Below are positions 62,901 to 64,000 of a DNA stretch of 64,000 bases, piece by piece. A program made the position numbers and the translations under genes. This stretch comes from an uncultured Planctomycetota bacterium (GTDB lineage Bacteria; Planctomycetota; Planctomycetia; Isosphaerales; Isosphaeraceae): positions 1,280,001 through 1,344,000 of the forward strand of contig CAWGMQ010000006.1 in the NCBI GenBank assembly GCA_963823665.1, written 5' to 3'. Under the pieces are notes generated by a model. It saw nothing but the letters and a program-made list of their open reading frames with translations, was not told the DNA's origin and did no database searches. Numbering within the stretch: the first letter of the stretch is position 1; the number at the start of each line of letters is the position of its first letter.

Positions 62901-64000
62901 CACACCGCAGCCGTCTTTGGGGTTGCCTTCAGTCCCGACAGCCGCCAGCTTGCCTCTGCCGGCGACGACCGGCAGGTGAAGCTCTGGGATGTCGGGACAG
63001 GCGAGGAGATCAACACGTTCGTGGGCCACGTCGACCGGGTCATGACGGTGGCGTTTTCGCCCGACGGCCGGCGCCTGGCGTCCGCCGGCGCCGAGCGTGT
63101 GGTGAAGCTCTGGGATCCGCGCACCGCGCAAGAGGTGTTCAACCTCGAGACACCCTGGACCAACGCTCATGTCGCCTTCGCGCCCGGCGGCCGACAGCTT
63201 GCAATCGGCGGTGCTCCGGAATCGTCCGATCATTCGCTGGCGATCTGGGACGCCAGGGACCGTTCGCCCGATCTGGACCTTCAGGATGAGGCAGAGAGCC
63301 GAGTTGCGTTTCTGTTCGCTCGGCCGTTGTCTGCATTCGAGGTGCGCGATGTGCTCGCGAACGACGCTTCCGTGAGCCCGGAAGTGCGGAAGCGAGCGCT
63401 GGCACTCGTCGATGGATATGGCGAAGCTCTCGCGAGACGTGAGGCCGAGGATGTGATCCAACGTGTGCATATGACCGGACTGTTTCGTTCCGAGCTCGTG
63501 GAATGGCTTCGGAGCGATCAGAGCCTACGAGAGCCGGTGCGGCGCCAGGCGCTGGCGCTGGCCGCCTCCTGGGTCGACTGCGCGTGGCATCTCGAGCTTG
63601 CGAGCCGGGCTGTCGCGCGGCGGAGAGACGCTCCAGAAGACGCCTACGGGCGAGCGTTGCAGCAAGCGGAAGTGGCGAACCGTCTTGCCCCGCACCGGGC
63701 GGCAATGCGGACAACGCTCGGAATGGCGCAATATCGCACGGGCAAGTATCGTGAGGCGGTGCGGACCCTCTTCCGCACCGGCGCAACATTGTCTGACCGC
63801 TCGACGCCGGCCGACGTGGCATTCCTGGGAATGGCCCATGAGCGGTTGGGGCAGGCCAACGAGGCACACGCTGTCTTCGAGCGCCTGCGCACGCTGCTGC
63901 GGGAACCGGCGTGGATCAATGACGGCGAGGCGAAGGAGTTCTTGCGCGAGTTCGAGGAGATGGGCAGGAACGCGGACCCGCCAGTGGGCCCCAGGCTCCG
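59919..64000 (+). CDS. Ser/Thr protein kinase - TM - WD40 - TPR protein (partial, runs off the window)
   Basis: Absent from the ORF track because it has no stop. Translated by hand from ATG 59919: IASGGMGAV, VALK, HRDLKPSN, DFG, GTPSFMAPEQ, RGFEWYYL, many AFSPDG/W-D repeats; still in frame at 64000. Confidence 0.9.
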   Translation, partial: MSGPDPRRDFAEEATGVVDAPDRAGGPPSTDPASDASVSRAVPPTAAGSALAGSGPGPGQDQTIALSGDEIGQRTLIGRLGENTGIAAEEVSVSFGDYSLIRKIASGGMGAVHLARQNSLHRTVALKTILAGQLESDEHVHRFHQEAELAAQLDHPGIVPIYEVGEIAGQHYFSMAYIEGGTLADRIKDRPLPCREAAELVRQVALALGYAHRQGVIHRDLKPSNVLLDRDGHPKIADFGVAKLVSGISQLTLTGQVLGTPSFMAPEQAGGKTDDIGPPADLYALGALLYCLVTGRPPFQAATPVETLRQVMEQEPVSPRQLNAAVGQDLETICLKCLQKEPGKRYESAESLADDLGRYLADEPIRARPVGSIERLWRWCVRNRLAAGLLGGLVLSFVMGFMAVSFFAFRAGREAASARASERRAKDAQEFSERRWYAAELGLAQQNWENGETTRLRSRLKALRPAYPTAPDWRGFEWYYLDRLGRLELRRLSGHGEPVHSVVFNPDGRLLASAGGGLNRGEAGSLRIWDSTTGAVIHAWAGHTESANCVAFSPDGGQLASASGLWNGPGEVKLWDTRTAKEVRSLAGQTAPVWSLAFSSDGRRLAAGTGAYGEGGRPTAGDVLIWDLAGDAHVVCLRGHTSVVKGVAFSPDGRWLATGDADGAVKVWDAAQAKVVLSLEEAKADVLCVAFSPDGRQLAAASVDRTIRVWDASLWNTQTPAGTKPRFALQHKTRVYSLAFSPDGRRLAAGCLDHSVHIWDVTAQTESLTFFAHGDAVLGVAFSPDGWRLATASMDQTVKIWDATTDRKTVPLREHKEYPAAVSGIAFSADGKWLASAGNDRVVRVWDMASAQLSQTLQGPADTVNSVAFSPDGRWLACGSTDRIVRVWDPATGRLVRTFDGLEFSGNGVAFAPNNRWLACASGEWKKAGAVTVWDLATNQEVLSMPARGDPGERLGYYSVAFSGDGRWLAAGCYDASVKLWDLSTKKLARALRGHTAAVFGVAFSPDSRQLASAGDDRQVKLWDVGTGEEINTFVGHVDRVMTVAFSPDGRRLASAGAERVVKLWDPRTAQEVFNLETPWTNAHVAFAPGGRQLAIGGAPESSDHSLAIWDARDRSPDLDLQDEAESRVAFLFARPLSAFEVRDVLANDASVSPEVRKRALALVDGYGEALARREAEDVIQRVHMTGLFRSELVEWLRSDQSLREPVRRQALALAASWVDCAWHLELASRAVARRRDAPEDAYGRALQQAEVANRLAPHRAAMRTTLGMAQYRTGKYREAVRTLFRTGATLSDRSTPADVAFLGMAHERLGQANEAHAVFERLRTLLREPAWINDGEAKEFLREFEEMGRNADPPVGPRL

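Noticed and set aside
60069..63919. Numerous short ORFs on both strands
   Set aside because: Shadows of the single kinase-WD40 frame starting at 59919.
1..64000. tRNA, rRNA or riboswitch
   Set aside because: None recognised by eye; a tRNAscan-SE and Infernal/Rfam run would be needed to exclude them.

Overview
GC-rich bacterial accessory region, most likely Planctomycetota (Isosphaeraceae/Singulisphaera-like). This is inferred from gene content: Ser/Thr kinase-WD40 giants, carboxypeptidase-regulatory-like proteins, a PEP-CTERM protein, membrane-anchored LRR paralogues with an RPWRRFLRFSVRG N-terminus, and short palindromic repeats. The first ~13.5 kb is mostly intact cellular genes, including a PLP decarboxylase and gldA. 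The rest is a mosaic of mobile DNA and decaying genes. It holds two identical IS1182-family copies inserted at the same position of a REP-like palindrome, an IS21, and an IS4/Tn5-like element also inside a REP. It also holds an unclassified 1.7-kb element with a 5-bp direct repeat and imperfect terminal IRs, whose single protein has Rep_trans-like rather than DDE motifs. The main find is a three-member group II intron set. (A) A class-E-like intron carrying an RT. (B) A chloroplast-like RT+HNH intron inserted exactly at A's domain V/VI junction, with its EBS1/EBS2 complementary to that site. (C) An ORF-less satellite with A's 5' region and EBS1 but covaried domains III-VI. Many genes carry 1-bp frameshifts, some of which may be sequencing errors. 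All family calls come from motif recognition by eye; no database search was run.
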